This document shows positions 1-13,502 of a stretch of DNA of 64,000 nucleotides, piece after piece. This DNA is from Eledone cirrhosa (lineage: Eukaryota). Each line of letters starts with the position of its first letter. The first letter of the stretch is position 1. Below the pieces are notes generated by a model that saw only the letters and a program-made list of their open reading frames with translations, made no database searches and was not told the DNA's origin. Where the stretch lies: NCBI GenBank assembly GCA_964016885.1, contig OZ024760.1:18290001-18354000 (forward strand). Direction: 5' to 3'. Made by a program: the position numbers and the translations under genes.

Positions 1-197
1 ACTTATTGTGAGAATCTGTTATATAAATAAAATACACCACACTATATACCTTCTGCCTCGTGAAGTATCGACAACTTCACTTTCTATCTGTAAACCTTGT
101 TCTCATCAACAAATACACATAAACAATTATACATACTTACAAACACAGACACAGACACACTCACACACACACACACATATATATAGTTTTACATATA

Positions 198-256
198 CAA
201 GGTGTCACCAAAAATGTGTACACACTTTGATTAGAATGCTGAAGTGTGTATACATT
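198..256. mobile_element. Truncated Tc1/mariner-type MITE (same family as 43079-43178)
   Basis: TA then CAAGGTGTCACCAAAAATGTGTACACACTTT...GAAGTGTGTATACATT; matches the fuller copy at 43079. Confidence 0.55.
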
Positions 257-430
257 GTATATTTATATATAAATATATATGTGTGTTTGTATGCATATAC
301 ACATACAAGCATATGCACATTATATATATATATGCACAAATATATATATATACAAGCATATGCACAAATATATATATATATATATTAAAATACAAATATT
401 AATAAAATAGATTTTCTTTTGATCAATTAC

Positions 431-483
431 ATTTTATTATACATATTTCGGATGTACAACAGTACGTCCTCATCAGACAAAAT
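431..483 (-). ncRNA. Minimal type I hammerhead ribozyme, family A (Penelope-like pLTR relic)
   Basis: Minus strand reads AUUUUGU CUGAUGA GGACGUAC UGUU GUACAUCC GAAA UAUGUA UA AUAAAAU: 7-bp stem I, 7/8-bp stem II, intact core, near-palindromic stem III, AUA cleavage triplet. Confidence 0.85.
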
Positions 484-636
484 ATAATGATACATGACAT
501 ACCCTGAGATGTTAAATGGTTAACACACTACAGTGACATACACAGGTACTTAATCAACTCATTCAGTCTGTTATATAAACAGGCATCTGGACTGAGTGAT
601 GTTACACATGGATATTTCTTCCAAACTTGTACTACA

Positions 637-676
<40 letters not shown>

Positions 677-859
677 AAAAGTATAGAAATTATTATCAGC
701 AAGAAGTACACGGTATTTCATAATATATAAGTGACTATAGCGTCAAAATGGGAAAATAGTTAACGTAAGATGTGGGAAAAATAATTCAAACTCAATTCAA
801 AAAGAATCGGGATATAGATTCATCCAACAGAATTTAGTGAAATTATATATATATATAAT

Positions 860-1195
860 TGTGTATCTGTACAAGTGGTTAAGTTCGCTTCCTAATTAAT
901 CATGAGGTTCCTTGTTCGATATATTTATTGGTATCTTGGACGGGGGCGGGAGTGTTTTAGCCACAGGTTCTTGTCAATGCAAGCCATGTGTGTGAAATAA
1001 AGAACCCGGAGACTGTAGAAAATAAAAGCTTGTCTGGTAGATTTTGACCTGTAATTAAAAGACCCGGCTTCATTATACACAGAATACGGTGATTCTACCT
1101 TAAGGCTACATTAAATGTATCAGTATCTTAGCAATATTCGACCACCTGTAATTCAAAGGTCCGGTTTCGTTATACACAGAACACAGTGATTCTGT
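860..1195 (+). mobile_element. Old degenerate SINE-like repeat with internal duplication, interrupted by a CRE-like fragment
   Basis: Decayed A/B-box-like head near 870-920; ACCTGTAATT...GTGATTCT occurs twice (~1047, ~1144); homology to 1095-1145 resumes at ~1515. Confidence 0.35.
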
Positions 1196-1199
1196 AACT

Positions 1200-1286
1200 A
1201 GTGGTGCTTGGCTGTTCCAGCGCATCAGTCTCGCCATCACCCGAGGTAACGCTGTCAGTGTGCTGGCTTGTCTAAAAAATTATTAG
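1200..1286 (+). pseudogene. Extreme C-terminus of a CRE-like non-LTR retrotransposon ORF (severely 5'-truncated)
   Basis: Translates SGAWLFQRISLAITRGNAVSVLACLKNY*, homologous to WLFQRVSLAVLRGNAFSIL at the end of ORF 61940-62908; AT-rich tail with AATAAA near 1500. Confidence 0.75.
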
Positions 1287-1386
1287 AGAGGTTTCCCAGT
1301 GCCCCTCCTCGCGATATTATCTTTTACTCTGATAGCGGCTCGGGTGTCCACCCATTTCGCCTTATAATTTGGAATATTTATTTATA

Positions 1387-1419
<33 letters not shown>

Positions 1420-1990
1420 TGTATATATATTGTTTGTGCATATATTTAAATTCTGTAAGACTTATAAACAATTTGTAATGTTATTTATACAATTGTAAAT
1501 AAAATAATACCAGACTTTTAAGTCTACATTAAGTGTACCAGTCTCTCAGGTGTACTCAACCACTTACAGACTAGTACAGTGTCTAGGTAGTTCAGTTGAA
1601 CGAAGACCCGTTTACGATGTTGTTGATTCACTGGTTTCAATCATTAGACTTTGGCCATACTACAGCACTACCCCCTAGTGATTTTAGCCAATAATATCGA
1701 TCCCAATTGTTATTTTCAGTGTGACACATTTGAATTATCGATCTTAACTTATCGAATCGTTAAGTTACTATTTTGACACAACACCGGTTATTTCACCAGT
1801 ACAAGCATACACATACATACACACTCCCATATTCCCTCACACACTAACGTACACACACGCACACACATATATATACACACACACACTCATACATATATAT
1901 ATACATACACACGCTCATATACCCCTCCCTCTCTCTGACATATATATATATATACACACATATATATGTGTGTGTGTGTATGTGCATGTG

Positions 1991-2022
<32 letters not shown>

Positions 2023-2188
2023 CATGAACGTGTGTATGTGTGTGTACTCTCGGTTCCACTTTAGCAAACATCAAACGGAAAAAGGTCAAGTGTGTTTGTC
2101 AGCGAACACAATACAAGCCACTGCCCACTATCAATCTGTTGACACACACTGACACACACTGACACACACAGACACACACAGACACACA

Positions 2189-2258
<70 letters not shown>

Positions 2259-2469
2259 GCTAGTAGAGGAAACAGTGGTCGTGGAATTATGATGCTTAAG
2301 TATAGTTAGTATTTTTATGTAAACAACACTAGTTTATAAATCTTCATATAAACTTCGTTATAATTGTCTTCACAGTTTTTAAGTGTCTTCTACTGTGTGT
2401 GCCAAGAAATTTACTATATAGATCTGCTAGTGTGTGTATATATATATATATAATATATAGCTATATATA

Positions 2470-2590
2470 TAGCTGTCGAAACGGCCGGAGCTCAGCCGTC
2501 GGGGCCCTGACTCTTTTCCTATTACCCACTCTACTACCCATAGTATTGAGTACTCTGGTGCGTTATGGTCCACCTGGTTCCTTACCACAC
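2470..2590 (+). mobile_element. Penelope-like pLTR fragment, family G
   Basis: Reverse complement of 52343-52460 (TATTACCCACTCTACTACCC..GTATTGAGTACTCTGGTGCGTTATGGTCCACCTGGTTCC); begins GTCGAAAC; flanked by (TA)n. Confidence 0.5.
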
Positions 2591-2619
2591 TTCCTTCGTT
2601 TTATATACATATATATATT

Positions 2620-2659
<40 letters not shown>

Positions 2660-2884
2660 TGTATATACTTTAATAAACAGTCAGTGTTGCTATTATTGGG
2701 TATGCACTTTACAGTGTGAACTGGGAGTCTTTTTACGGTGTTACCTACACGGCCACATTACAGCGAGGACTGTGTTTTTTTTGTCGTGACACCTACACGA
2801 CCTCATTAGTTTGGACTGGATGTCGTGGTACCAACATAACTTTATAGAGAAAGGGGTGGTGTTGGTCGGAGTGGGAGGGTGTCC

Positions 2885-3010
2885 GGGTTCAATCGGGGGT
2901 AATTACAGTAATTAAGGTACTCAAAACATAGCAGAGTATAAATATTTAATATTCGTGATGATTTCTCCTGAATGAAAGAGTTCTAGTCCTGTAGAAGCCA
3001 TTTCTATATT
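2885..3010. mobile_element. Penelope-like inverted cassette, family B, with decayed hammerhead (2952-2997 +)
   Basis: UUC GUGAUGA UUUCUCCUGAAU GAAA GAG...CUG UA GAAG (C3>G); homologous to 17194-17375, 33430-33542 and 34250-34410. Confidence 0.6.
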
Positions 3011-3167
3011 ATCTATCTATCTCTCTCTCTCTATATATATAATTGGAGGCTTAGATTGTGTGTTAGATTTTGCCTGCCACAATGTTCAATTTGTCAAGCT
3101 ATTTAAACGTATATATATATATATATAAATGAGAGGTATAGAGATTGTTTTAGCGAGAAGCTAATAG

Positions 3168-3204
<37 letters not shown>

Positions 3205-3206
<2 letters not shown>

Positions 3207-3600
3207 TCCACACTGTAAACGTGGTTGGTGTAAGGAAGGGCATCCAGCCGTAGAAAACCTGCCAGACAGTCCTATACGAGCGAGACATGGTCACTCCACC
3301 ATTCTTGCCTCAAGTAGGACAACTCCCGTCTAAACCCATGCTAGCGTGGAAGATAGACGTTAAACGATGATGATGATGATGATCACTCTGTAAAGTGGTC
3401 ATGTAGGAAACACGGTAAAAAGGCCCCCAGTCCACAGTGTAAACGTGGTTGGTGTTAGGAAGGGCATCCAGCCATAGAAAACCTGCCAGATACAGTCCTA
3501 TTTGAGCGAGACACGGTCACCAGATCAATCTTGCCTCAAGTGGGACTATTCCCATCTAAACCCATGGTAACCTGGAAGATAGACGTTGATGATGATGATA
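3205..3600 (+). mobile_element. Two tandem 5'-truncated SINE/RTE-type 3' tails
   Basis: CTGTAAACGTGGTTGGTGT(T)AGGAAGGGCATCCAGCC...CCCATG...GGAAGATAGACGTT...(GAT)n twice; related to the tail of SINE family 1. Confidence 0.7.
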
Positions 3601-3732
3601 CATGCATACATAACACAGATGTTACTAGTCAAGACCAGTAAGTACTTTGTGTAAGAAAAGTAGAATAGATTTTTTGTTATTTTACTACGGAACAGTATAA
3701 GCTCAGCTGTTGAGCACAAATAATCTATATAT

Positions 3733-3910
3733 TAATAATTGTTTCTACTTTTGGCACAAGGCCAGCAATTATTCCAGTCCATTACTGGTACTTTATTTAT
3801 CGACCCCGTAAGGATGAAAGGCAAAGTTAACCTCGGCGGGATTTGAACTCAGAATGTAAAGGGCTGTAACTCTATGCCACAAAGAATGTCGTCCGATGCT
3901 CTACCGATTA
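3733..3910 (-). mobile_element. SINE family 2 copy
   Basis: Reverse complement of GAGTTCAAATCCCGCCGAGGTTAACTTTGCCTTTCATCCTTACGGGGTCGATAAA...GCTGGCCTTGTGCCAAAAGTAGAAACAATTATTA. Confidence 0.8.
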
Positions 3911-4004
3911 CTGGGTATACACAGACACACACATACACTCTACAGATTATGGGTACACATATACACACATCATACACAAAATGCCAGCATCAACAGTTTT
4001 CCAA

Positions 4005-4200
4005 CATCAAAGGACCTGTTATTTTTCTCTAAAAACATTTTTTTCTGATTCCGCCCTGCCTGTCCCTTCAATCTTTCTTTTGATGAAGGACTAGTGTCCG
4101 AAACGTTAAGACCCTCTTCCTGCTATTTCAACCGTTAAACTAATATATTCCTTCCATATACTGTGCCGATTGTGTTGTTTTTTCTGTTTACCTTTTACAT
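4005..4200 (+). mobile_element. Penelope-like pLTR relic, family C, with hammerhead at 4076-4111 (C3>U)
   Basis: UCUU UUGAUGA A GGAC UAGU GUCC GAAA CG UU AAGA; ~190 bp homologous to 46958-47155 (-) and 59440-59642 (+). Confidence 0.75.
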
Positions 4201-4205
4201 ACACC

Positions 4206-4251
<46 letters not shown>

Positions 4252-4439
4252 CACCGTTTTAAGTCCGTTCTTCCACGCTAACATGGGTTAGACAAAAAAG
4301 GTTACATGTACCTCTTGACCAGGATTGAACCCGAGGTCAGGATCTCCAAGGCCACAGAGACAATGTAAAGTTATGTTGGTAGCACAACATCCAGTCCAAA
4401 ATAAATGAGGTCGTGTAGGTGTCACGTCAAAAAAAACAC

Positions 4440-4670
4440 ACACACAGTCCACGCTGTAATGTGGTCGTGTAGGTAACACGGTAAAAACCTCCCAGTCCAC
4501 ACTGTAAACGTGGTTAGTGTTAGGAAGGGCATCCAACCATAGAAAACCTGCCAGGCAGTCCTATACGAGCGAGACATGGTCACCCGACCAATCTTGCCTC
4601 AAGTGGGCCAATTCCCGTCTAAACCCATGCTAGCGTGGAAGATAGACGTTAAACGATGATGATGATTATG
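4440..4670 (+). mobile_element. SINE/RTE-type 3' tail fragment
   Basis: Same tail as 3205-3600 ending AAACGATGATGATG; upstream 4365-4490 has an inverted homolog at 2735-2840. Confidence 0.65.
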
Positions 4671-4706
<36 letters not shown>

Positions 4707-4882
4707 AGACTTGAACATCTGAAACTACTTCGCTTTTCCTTATCTATGTATATATATATATATATATTAATAAGAGGAATTCCAACTTTTTCTGATTTAC
4801 TCGTTTTATTTACAATCCTTTAAAATATATAATGGTATTGTAATGAAATAGTATGATAGAATATTGAATTCTAAGTGTTAAT

Positions 4883-4921
4883 TGAACAAGTACTTTCATG
4901 CTTTCGCAATCTTCAGGTTCA
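4883..4921 (-). ncRNA. Minimal type I hammerhead ribozyme, family D
   Basis: Minus strand UGAAC CUGAAGA U UGC GAAA GCA U GAAA GUAC UU GUUCA: 5-bp stem I, GNRA-capped stem II, palindromic stem III AGUACU. Confidence 0.8.
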
Positions 4922-5016
4922 TAATATGTGGTGACAGTCGAGTTTGCAATTTTCAACTGACTGGTTTCAACTTACTGGTCTTGACTAGTAACATCTGTGT
5001 TATGTATGCATGTATC

Positions 5017-5067
<51 letters not shown>

Positions 5068-6669
5068 ATAAGTATTTATTTAATCACGCTGTTCGCTAAT
5101 TCACATTATGCAAATAAGTCTGTCCAGTTTGATATAAACAATGTTTGACTAATGTTCTCCTTGTAAACCGAAGTATGTATAAATGTGCTTGTAAACTAAT
5201 GAACTACCTATGAGGTGTGGAACATCCATGAACATTCTTTTATATGTTTTTGTGTACACAGAGAAAAACAATATGTTTCACATTTGTTTTAATTTTCACA
5301 ATAAGGTTTATAAACAATTAATGTAACATTTTATTTACTGATCATTCTTCTTCTTATTATTATTAGTGTGAAATCATATAATGTTAGGGATTTATTAGGA
5401 AACAAGACAATAAAACAGCGAAACGATTACATTAAAAGAGAGGAAAAGAAAATGGTGACACTATAAATATGAAATAGAAAGAAAAAGACAAAATTAAGTT
5501 ATGAGGAAATTGTGAAGGGGTAAAGAAGGGTAGATCTGGCTGTATGGGAAAGTAGAGGAAAGGACTATAAATGCCATAAATGAGAGGAAAAGGAAGGGGG
5601 GGGGGGGCAAGGAAACTCTTGGGCCACTGAAGAAAGGGAGGGGTTAAGGGGAGAGGGTGATGGGCTCTGGGTCTAGGGTGGAGTGGTGTTTAGGTTGTAC
5701 TGGCTGGCTGCTCCACTGGAGGACAAAACTGCAAAGGAATTTCTGTGGACTGAGGTTACACACACGGCTTTATCAAAGACTTTGTCGTTGTGTGTGTATG
5801 TGTGTGTGTGTGTGTGTGTATGGCTGTGTGTGTGTGTGTATGGCTGTGTGTGTGTGTGTGTGTATGTGTGTGTGTGTGTGTGTGGCTGTGTGTGTAATAA
5901 ATGAACCGAACAGCTCTTGCTCAATGTACCGTCATTGTGTCTGTATGTCTGTGTGTGTGTATGTATGGCTTTGTGTGTGTGTTTGGCTGTGTGTATGTGT
6001 ATGTATGGCTTTGTGTGTGTGTGTAATAAATAAGCAGAACAACTCTAGCTCAAAATACGGGGGAGTAGAACACTGAACTATATACTGTGGGGTCCCAAAT
6101 AATAGGGGGGGGGGGATAAATGTGAAGGGTGGGTGTTAGAATAAGTGAGGGGTGGAGGCTGGATTAGTGAGGGGGTGTGTGGAAAATCAGTAATTTTACT
6201 AGGTTGTCTTCGTCGTTGATTTTTTTTTTTTTTTATAAAAACCAGAATTAGTCGTTTAGTTTACATATTGATGCAATTCAATGACTAAAACCAGTAAAAG
6301 AATGAAAGAACAGACACACACACATACACACATATATATATAATCACACACACACATATGACCACACACACCTGACTAAACACAAGCGACACATACACAC
6401 ATACTCATAACCATGCACACTCATACATAGAACCACACACACAAACCACATATATATAAAACCACACAAACACACACAAACCACATATATATAAAACCAC
6501 ACAAACACACACAAACCACATATATATAAAACCACACAAACACACACACACACATACACATAACCACATACAACCTCACACACGCACACACACACAAACA
6601 TATAACCACACAACCTCACACACACACACACAAACATGTAACTACACACAACCTCACACACACACAAAA

Positions 6670-6706
<37 letters not shown>

Positions 6707-6939
6707 TATAACCACACAACCTCACACACAACCACACGCACACACAACCTCACATACACTCAACCACACACAAACAATTACACACACACACACACACATA
6801 CAACCAAATAAATTGGTTTTCTCCCGCTAAGCTCCCTTTCTGCTGTAGACATTACCATATATGGGCAAAGCCACTAACTGAAAATGAAACAACAAAATTT
6901 CAAATTACATTTTATAACTTAGATCTACACAACTCTCGT

Positions 6940-7800
6940 TGAGGTTGGTGGTACTGCTATTTCTAGTGGTGCTGGTGGTGGTACTGGTGGTAGTGGTGGT
7001 GTGGTGGTACTGGTGGTGTGGTGGTGGTGTGGTGGTAGTGGTGGTGTGGTGGTACTGGTGGTGTGGTGGTGGTACTGCTGTTTCTGCTGGTGGTGGTACT
7101 GGTGGTGGTGTGGTGGTGGTGGTAGTGGTAGTGTGGTGGTGGTGGTACTGGTGGTGTGGTGGTGGTGTGGTAAGGTGGTAGTGGTGGTACTACTATTTCT
7201 AGTGGGGCTGGTGGTGTGGTGGTGGTGGTGGTGGTGTGGTGGTGGTGGTGGTGGTGTAGTGGTAGTGGTGGTGGTGTGGTGGTAGTGGTGGTGTGGTGTA
7301 CTGTTACTAGTGGTGGTGGTGGTACTGGTGGTGGTGTGGTGGTGGTGGTGGTACTATTTCTAGTGGTGCTGGTGGTGGTACTGGTGGTGGTGGTGGTGGT
7401 GGTAGTGGTGGTGTGGTGGTACTGTTACTAGTGGTGCTGGTGGTGTGGTGGTAGTGGTAGTGGTGGTGTGGTGGTACTGTTACTAGTGGTGGTAGTGGTG
7501 GTACTAGTGGTGCTACTGGTGGTGTGGTACTGGTGGTGTGGTGGTAGTGGTAGTGGTGGTGTGGTGGTACTGTTACTAGTGGTGGTAGTGGTGGTGTGGT
7601 GGTGTTTGTAATAGTCGTGGTACTAGTGGTGGTGGTGGTGGTGGTGGTGCCTGTTGCATTGGTTGTTGTGGTTACGTTAGTATTGGTGGTTGTGGTGGTG
7701 GTGGTGGTGGTTGTGGTAGTGGTGGTGGTGGTTGTATTGATAGTGTTTGTGGTGAAGGTCATGATGATGATGATGATAGTGATAGTAGTGCTGGTGGTCA
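6940..7800. repeat. Degenerate (GGT)n/(GTG)n simple repeat
   Basis: Direct inspection. Confidence 0.9.
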
Positions 7801-7869
7801 TTTAGTAAAACAAAATAAAAACAAAGCAACCACCACCACCACCATATGTAGCATTTTCTCATGAGACTT

Positions 7870-8894
<1,025 letters not shown>

Positions 8895-9394
8895 ACTTTA
8901 CAATTGGTGTTGGTCATTTTTACAATTATATCTTGGCTACTCTTATTGTTTTCAAGTGGTCAGTCTTATAATTGGTTAATTTTAGTCTTTGTCATCATTA
9001 ACAGACTTTCTTTTTCTTTTTTGGGGAGGTGGAGTGGGGGCAGGGAAGGGGGCAACACCTTCCTGTCATAAAGATCATCACCACCACCATCATCACCACC
9101 ATCATCATCACCACTGCCACCGCAATCATTACTATCACCAGCACCACAACCACTATCATCACCACCACAACCACTATCATCACCACCACCACCACTACCA
9201 TCACCACTATCATCACCACAACCACTATCATCACCACCACTATCATCACCACCACTATCATCACCACCACAACCACAACCATCACCACTACCACCACCAC
9301 CACCACCATCACCACCACCTCCACCACTACTACCACCATTTTTTCGAACATTAAATGTGTGCTACCTTTCCTCCTATAAATCTGAAAAATGGGT

Positions 9395-9740
9395 TTTGTA
9401 CTACTCTAACCCCTATCAATCTGAGAAACCCAACAAAGGGCCATGTGCTGCCCTTCCCCTTATCAATCTCAGACCCAACAAGGGCCTGTGTGCTACCCAG
9501 CCCCTTATCAATCTGAGAAACCCAACAATGGGTTATGTGTACACTACCCTTGCCCCATCAATTTCAGAGACCCAACAAGGTGTCATGAGTACACTTCTCT
9601 TCCCCCATCAAATTTGGGACCCAAGGGGTTGTGTGTAATACTACCCTTCTCCCTATCAATCTGAGAAACCCAACAAGGGGTAAGGTGCTACCCTTCCATC
9701 ATCAATCTCAGAGACCCAACAAGATGTCCTGTGTACTTTT
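9395..9740. repeat. Degenerate ~45-50 bp tandem repeat
   Basis: Recurring CCC(C/T)ATCAATCT(C/G)AGA(A/G)ACCCAACAA(G)GG. Confidence 0.7.
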
Positions 9741-10324
9741 CCTCTCTTCCAATCGAGACACAAAACTCATAAAACAAGAATAAAACTCCCACCCCCATGT
9801 ACCCCACCACAACCCACCCTGCCCCACCTAACCACACCCTAAAAAAAAGCCCACATCAATTTAAATTTAGAAAAACTAAAACAAACATCAGCTGAAATAA
9901 AATATAATCGTGATAAACCAATTGTTTATTTGGTACTGACTGTTGTGGTTGTCTCTGAACTTTTAAAGCTTTAAAACAGGCCTCGGATACACTAAATAAA
10001 CCACCAAGCCAGCTCTTGGGTCTAATTTCAGTTTTTATAAAATATATCTGCTATTGTTTTAGTTTATTTTTTATTTTAGTTTAGTTTAGTTTATTTTTCT
10101 TGCTGTCTTCGATAAGAATCAGTTTGAACCAGAAGATTACATGATTTTCTACTTCTAAATATAGCAACTTTGGAGGTTGATTTTTTTTCTGTACTTAGAT
10201 AGATCTATTCTGACAGGACGCAGTGTGAGGCCTAGTGGTTAAATATAGCAGCTTTGGTCTCTTGCTGGACATAGATAGATCTATAATAGTTCTAGAGTTG
10301 AAGGTGTGTGGCCTAGTGGTTATC

Positions 10325-10851
10325 TGACATAGACAGTGTCTTTCATTAGAAATATGGTAATGAAAGGGTTAATGGCATAGGTAGTGTCTTTCATTAGAAA
10401 TATGGTAATGGAAGGGCTAATGACATAGGTAGTGTCTTTCATTAGAAATATGGTAATGGAAGGGCTAATGACATAGACAGTGTCTTTCATTAGAAATATG
10501 GTAATGAAAGGGCTAATGACATAGACAGTGTCTTTCATTAGAAATATGGTAATGAAAGGGTTAATGGCATAGGTAGTGTCTTTCATTAGAAATATGGTAA
10601 TGAAAGGGTTAATGGCATAGACAGTGTCTTTCATTAGAAATATGGTAATGAAAGGGTTAATGACATAGACAGTGTCTTTCATTAGAAATATGGTAATGAA
10701 AGGGTTAATGGCATAGGTAGTGTCTTTCATTAGAAATATGGTAATGAAAGGGTTAATGGCATAGGTAGTGTCTTTCATTAGAAATATGGTAATGAAAGGG
10801 TTAATGACATAGACAGTGTCTTTCATTAGAAATATGGTAATGAAGGGTTAA
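10325..10851. repeat. 48-bp satellite, ~11 copies, each ending in a piggyBac-like terminus
   Basis: Unit GACATAGACAGTGTCTTTCATTAGAAATATGGTAATGAAAGGGTTAAT; same unit at 43441-44234. Confidence 0.9.
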
Positions 10852-10959
10852 AGATCTCACATGTAATCTATTGACCTATCCTTGACTGTTTCCTTTGACA
10901 CTCCTGACTAAAATTGTTTCCAAAATATCACTGAGGATTCCAAAGATTTGAAGGAGAAT

Positions 10960-12240
10960 GGTGACGGAGGTGATGGTGTTGGTGGACTTGTGATTGTAGT
11001 GGTTGGTGGTGGTGGTGGTGGTGGTAGTGTTGGTGGTGGACTTGTGATTGTAGTGGTGGTAGTGGTGATGGTGGACTTGTGTTGGTAGTGGCGGTAGTGG
11101 TGTTAGTAGTGGTGGTAGTGGGGAGATGGCGGTAATGGTGGCAATAGTGGTAGTGGTGGTAGTAATGTTGGTGGTAATGGTGGTAGTAGTGATGGCAGTA
11201 GTAGTGTTGGTAGTAGTAGTGGTGGCAGTAGTAGTGTTGGCAGTAGTAGTGTTGGCAGTAGTAGTGGTGGCAGTAGTAGTGGTGGCAGTAGTAGTGTTGG
11301 TAGTAGTAGTGTTGGTAGTAGTAGTGGTGGCAGTAGTAGTGTTGGTAGTAGTAGTGGTGGCAGTAGTAGTGGTGGCAGTAGTAGTGGTGGCAGTAGTAGT
11401 GGTGGCAGTAGTAGTGTTGGTAGTAGTAGTGGTGGCAGTAGTAGTGGTGGCAGTAGTAGTGGTGGCAGTAGTAGTGTTGGTAGTAGTAGTGTTGGTAGTA
11501 GTAGTGTTGGTAGTAGTAGTGTTGGCAGTAGTAGTGTTGGTAGTAGTAGTGGTGGCAGTAGTAGTGTTGGTAGTAGTAGTGGTGGCAGTAGTAGTGTTGG
11601 CAGTAGTAGTGGTGGCAGTAGTAGTGGTGGCAGTAGTAGTGGTGGCAGTAGTAGTGGTGGTAGTAGTAGTGGTGGCAGTAGTGGTAGTGGTGTTGGTAGT
11701 AGTAGTGTTGGTAGTAGTAGTGGTGGCAGTAGTAGTGGTGGCAGTAGTAGTGTTGGCAGTAGTAGTGGTGGCAGTAGTAGTGGTGGCAGTAGTAGTGGTG
11801 GCAGTAGTAGTGGTGGTAGTAGTAGTGGTGGCAGTAGTAGTGTTGGCAGTAGTAGTGGTGGCAGTAGTAGTGGTGGCAGTAGTAGTGTTGGTGTTGGTAG
11901 TAGTAGTGGTGGCAGTAGTAGTGGTGGCAGTAGTAGTGGTGGCAGTAGTAGTGTTGGTAGTAGTAGTGGTGGCAGTAGTAGTGGTGGCAGTAGTAGTGGT
12001 GGCAGTAGTAGTGTTGGTAGTAGTAGTGGTGGCAGTAGTAGTGTTGATGTTGGTAGTAGTAGTGGTGGCAGTAGTAGTGGTGGCAGTAGTAGTGGTGGCA
12101 GTAGTAGTGTTGGTAGTAGTAGTGGTGGCAGTAGTAGTGGTGGCAGTAGTAGTGGTGGCAGTAGTAGTGTTGGTAGTAGTAGTGGTGGCAGTAGTAGTGT
12201 TGGTGTTGGCAGTAGTAGTGGTGGCAGTAGTAGTGTTGGT
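10960..12240. repeat. 15-bp (GGCAGTAGTAGTGGT)-type minisatellite
   Basis: Direct inspection. Confidence 0.9.
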
Positions 12241-12544
12241 CCATAGTAAACTCAGTTCAGCAATAGAAACATGTGAACAAAAAACAACAAAAACAACATA
12301 GATACAAAAATAAAAATCAAGGTATATTTATGTTGTTGTTGTTGTTGTTGTTGTTTCATCTACCCCCTCCATCCACCCAGCCACCACCGACTCCATGATG
12401 GAGCAGACATATCATCAAAGACATTCCAGTCCAACCGTGACCACACCATCTGTTTAACACAGTCTACCATTAAATTATGTAAGACATATTTTACTTTTAG
12501 AAAAACATCATTAGTAGAGAATTAACCTTGGCTGGATTATGTTG

Positions 12545-12664
12545 TGAGTTCAAATCCCACTGAGGTTAACTTTGCCTTTCATCCTTACGGGGTCGATAAA
12601 ATAAAGTACCAGTCACGCACTGGGATAATTGCTGGCCTTGTGCCAAAAGTAGAAACAATTATTA
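12545..12664 (+). mobile_element. SINE family 2, 5'-truncated
   Basis: GAGTTCAAATCCCACTGAGGTTAACTTTGCC...AGTAGAAACAATTATTA. Confidence 0.8.
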
Positions 12665-12736
12665 GTAGAGCATTATTGGAGAGACTTGGCTGCTATTTCT
12701 ACCATGTTTACCACATAATTTGTTGTGGATCTCTCT

Positions 12737-12775
<39 letters not shown>

Positions 12776-12872
12776 TCTGTTGCACCCCTGCTCTCTCTTT
12801 CTCTCTCCTCATTCTTCACTCTCTTTATCTCTATCCCTTTCATCACCTAGGCCAATGCTCTAACCACTAAGT

Positions 12873-13204
12873 GGAGGCACATGGCTTAGTGGTTAGAGCA
12901 TTGGCCTTGCAGTCGAAAGGTTGTGAGTTCAATTCTCAGACCGGGTGATGTGTTGTTTCCTTGAGCAAGACACTTTATTCCACGTTACTCCAGTTTACTC
13001 AGCTGTAGAAATGAGATGATAGGGACTGGGGTCCTTATCATTCCACTGCAAAGTGGTCGTGGAGGTGCCACGGCAAAAAAGCACCCAGCACTCACTGTAA
13101 ATGAGGTTGGTGTTAGGGAGGGCATCCAGCTGTAGAAATCAAGCCAGAACCAGTTCCCGTCCCACCCTTGCAAGCAGGGAAAGAGCGGAGGTAAAATGAA
13201 ATGA

Positions 13205-13208
<4 letters not shown>
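12873..13208 (+). mobile_element. Full-length tRNA-derived SINE family 1
   Basis: A box TGGCTTAGTGG, B box GAGTTCAATTC, central CCTTGAGCAAGACACTT, hairpin TGATAGGGAC..GTCC(C)TATCA, RTE-like tail ending (ATG)n; five near-identical copies in the window. Confidence 0.9.
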
Positions 13209-13252
<44 letters not shown>

Positions 13253-13410
13253 CAGACATATGGCTTTACATATTAACAGTCTACTCTACTTGATAGAAAC
13301 CTGACACAATATGGGTGGGGTTCTGTTGTTCACTGCCAGAGTCTGATACCAGGGATGGAGTAGATAAGTGTTGACATTGTCATGGTAATTATGTTACTAC
13401 ACATACATAG

Positions 13411-13441
<31 letters not shown>

Positions 13442-13502
13442 TGTGAGTGTAGATATATATATACAATCACACTCAAACACACGTATATATATGGAGGTGT
13501 AA

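Noticed and set aside
12873-12945. tRNA gene-like sequence
   Set aside because: It is the head of a multicopy SINE, with imperfect cloverleaf stems, and continues into the SINE body.
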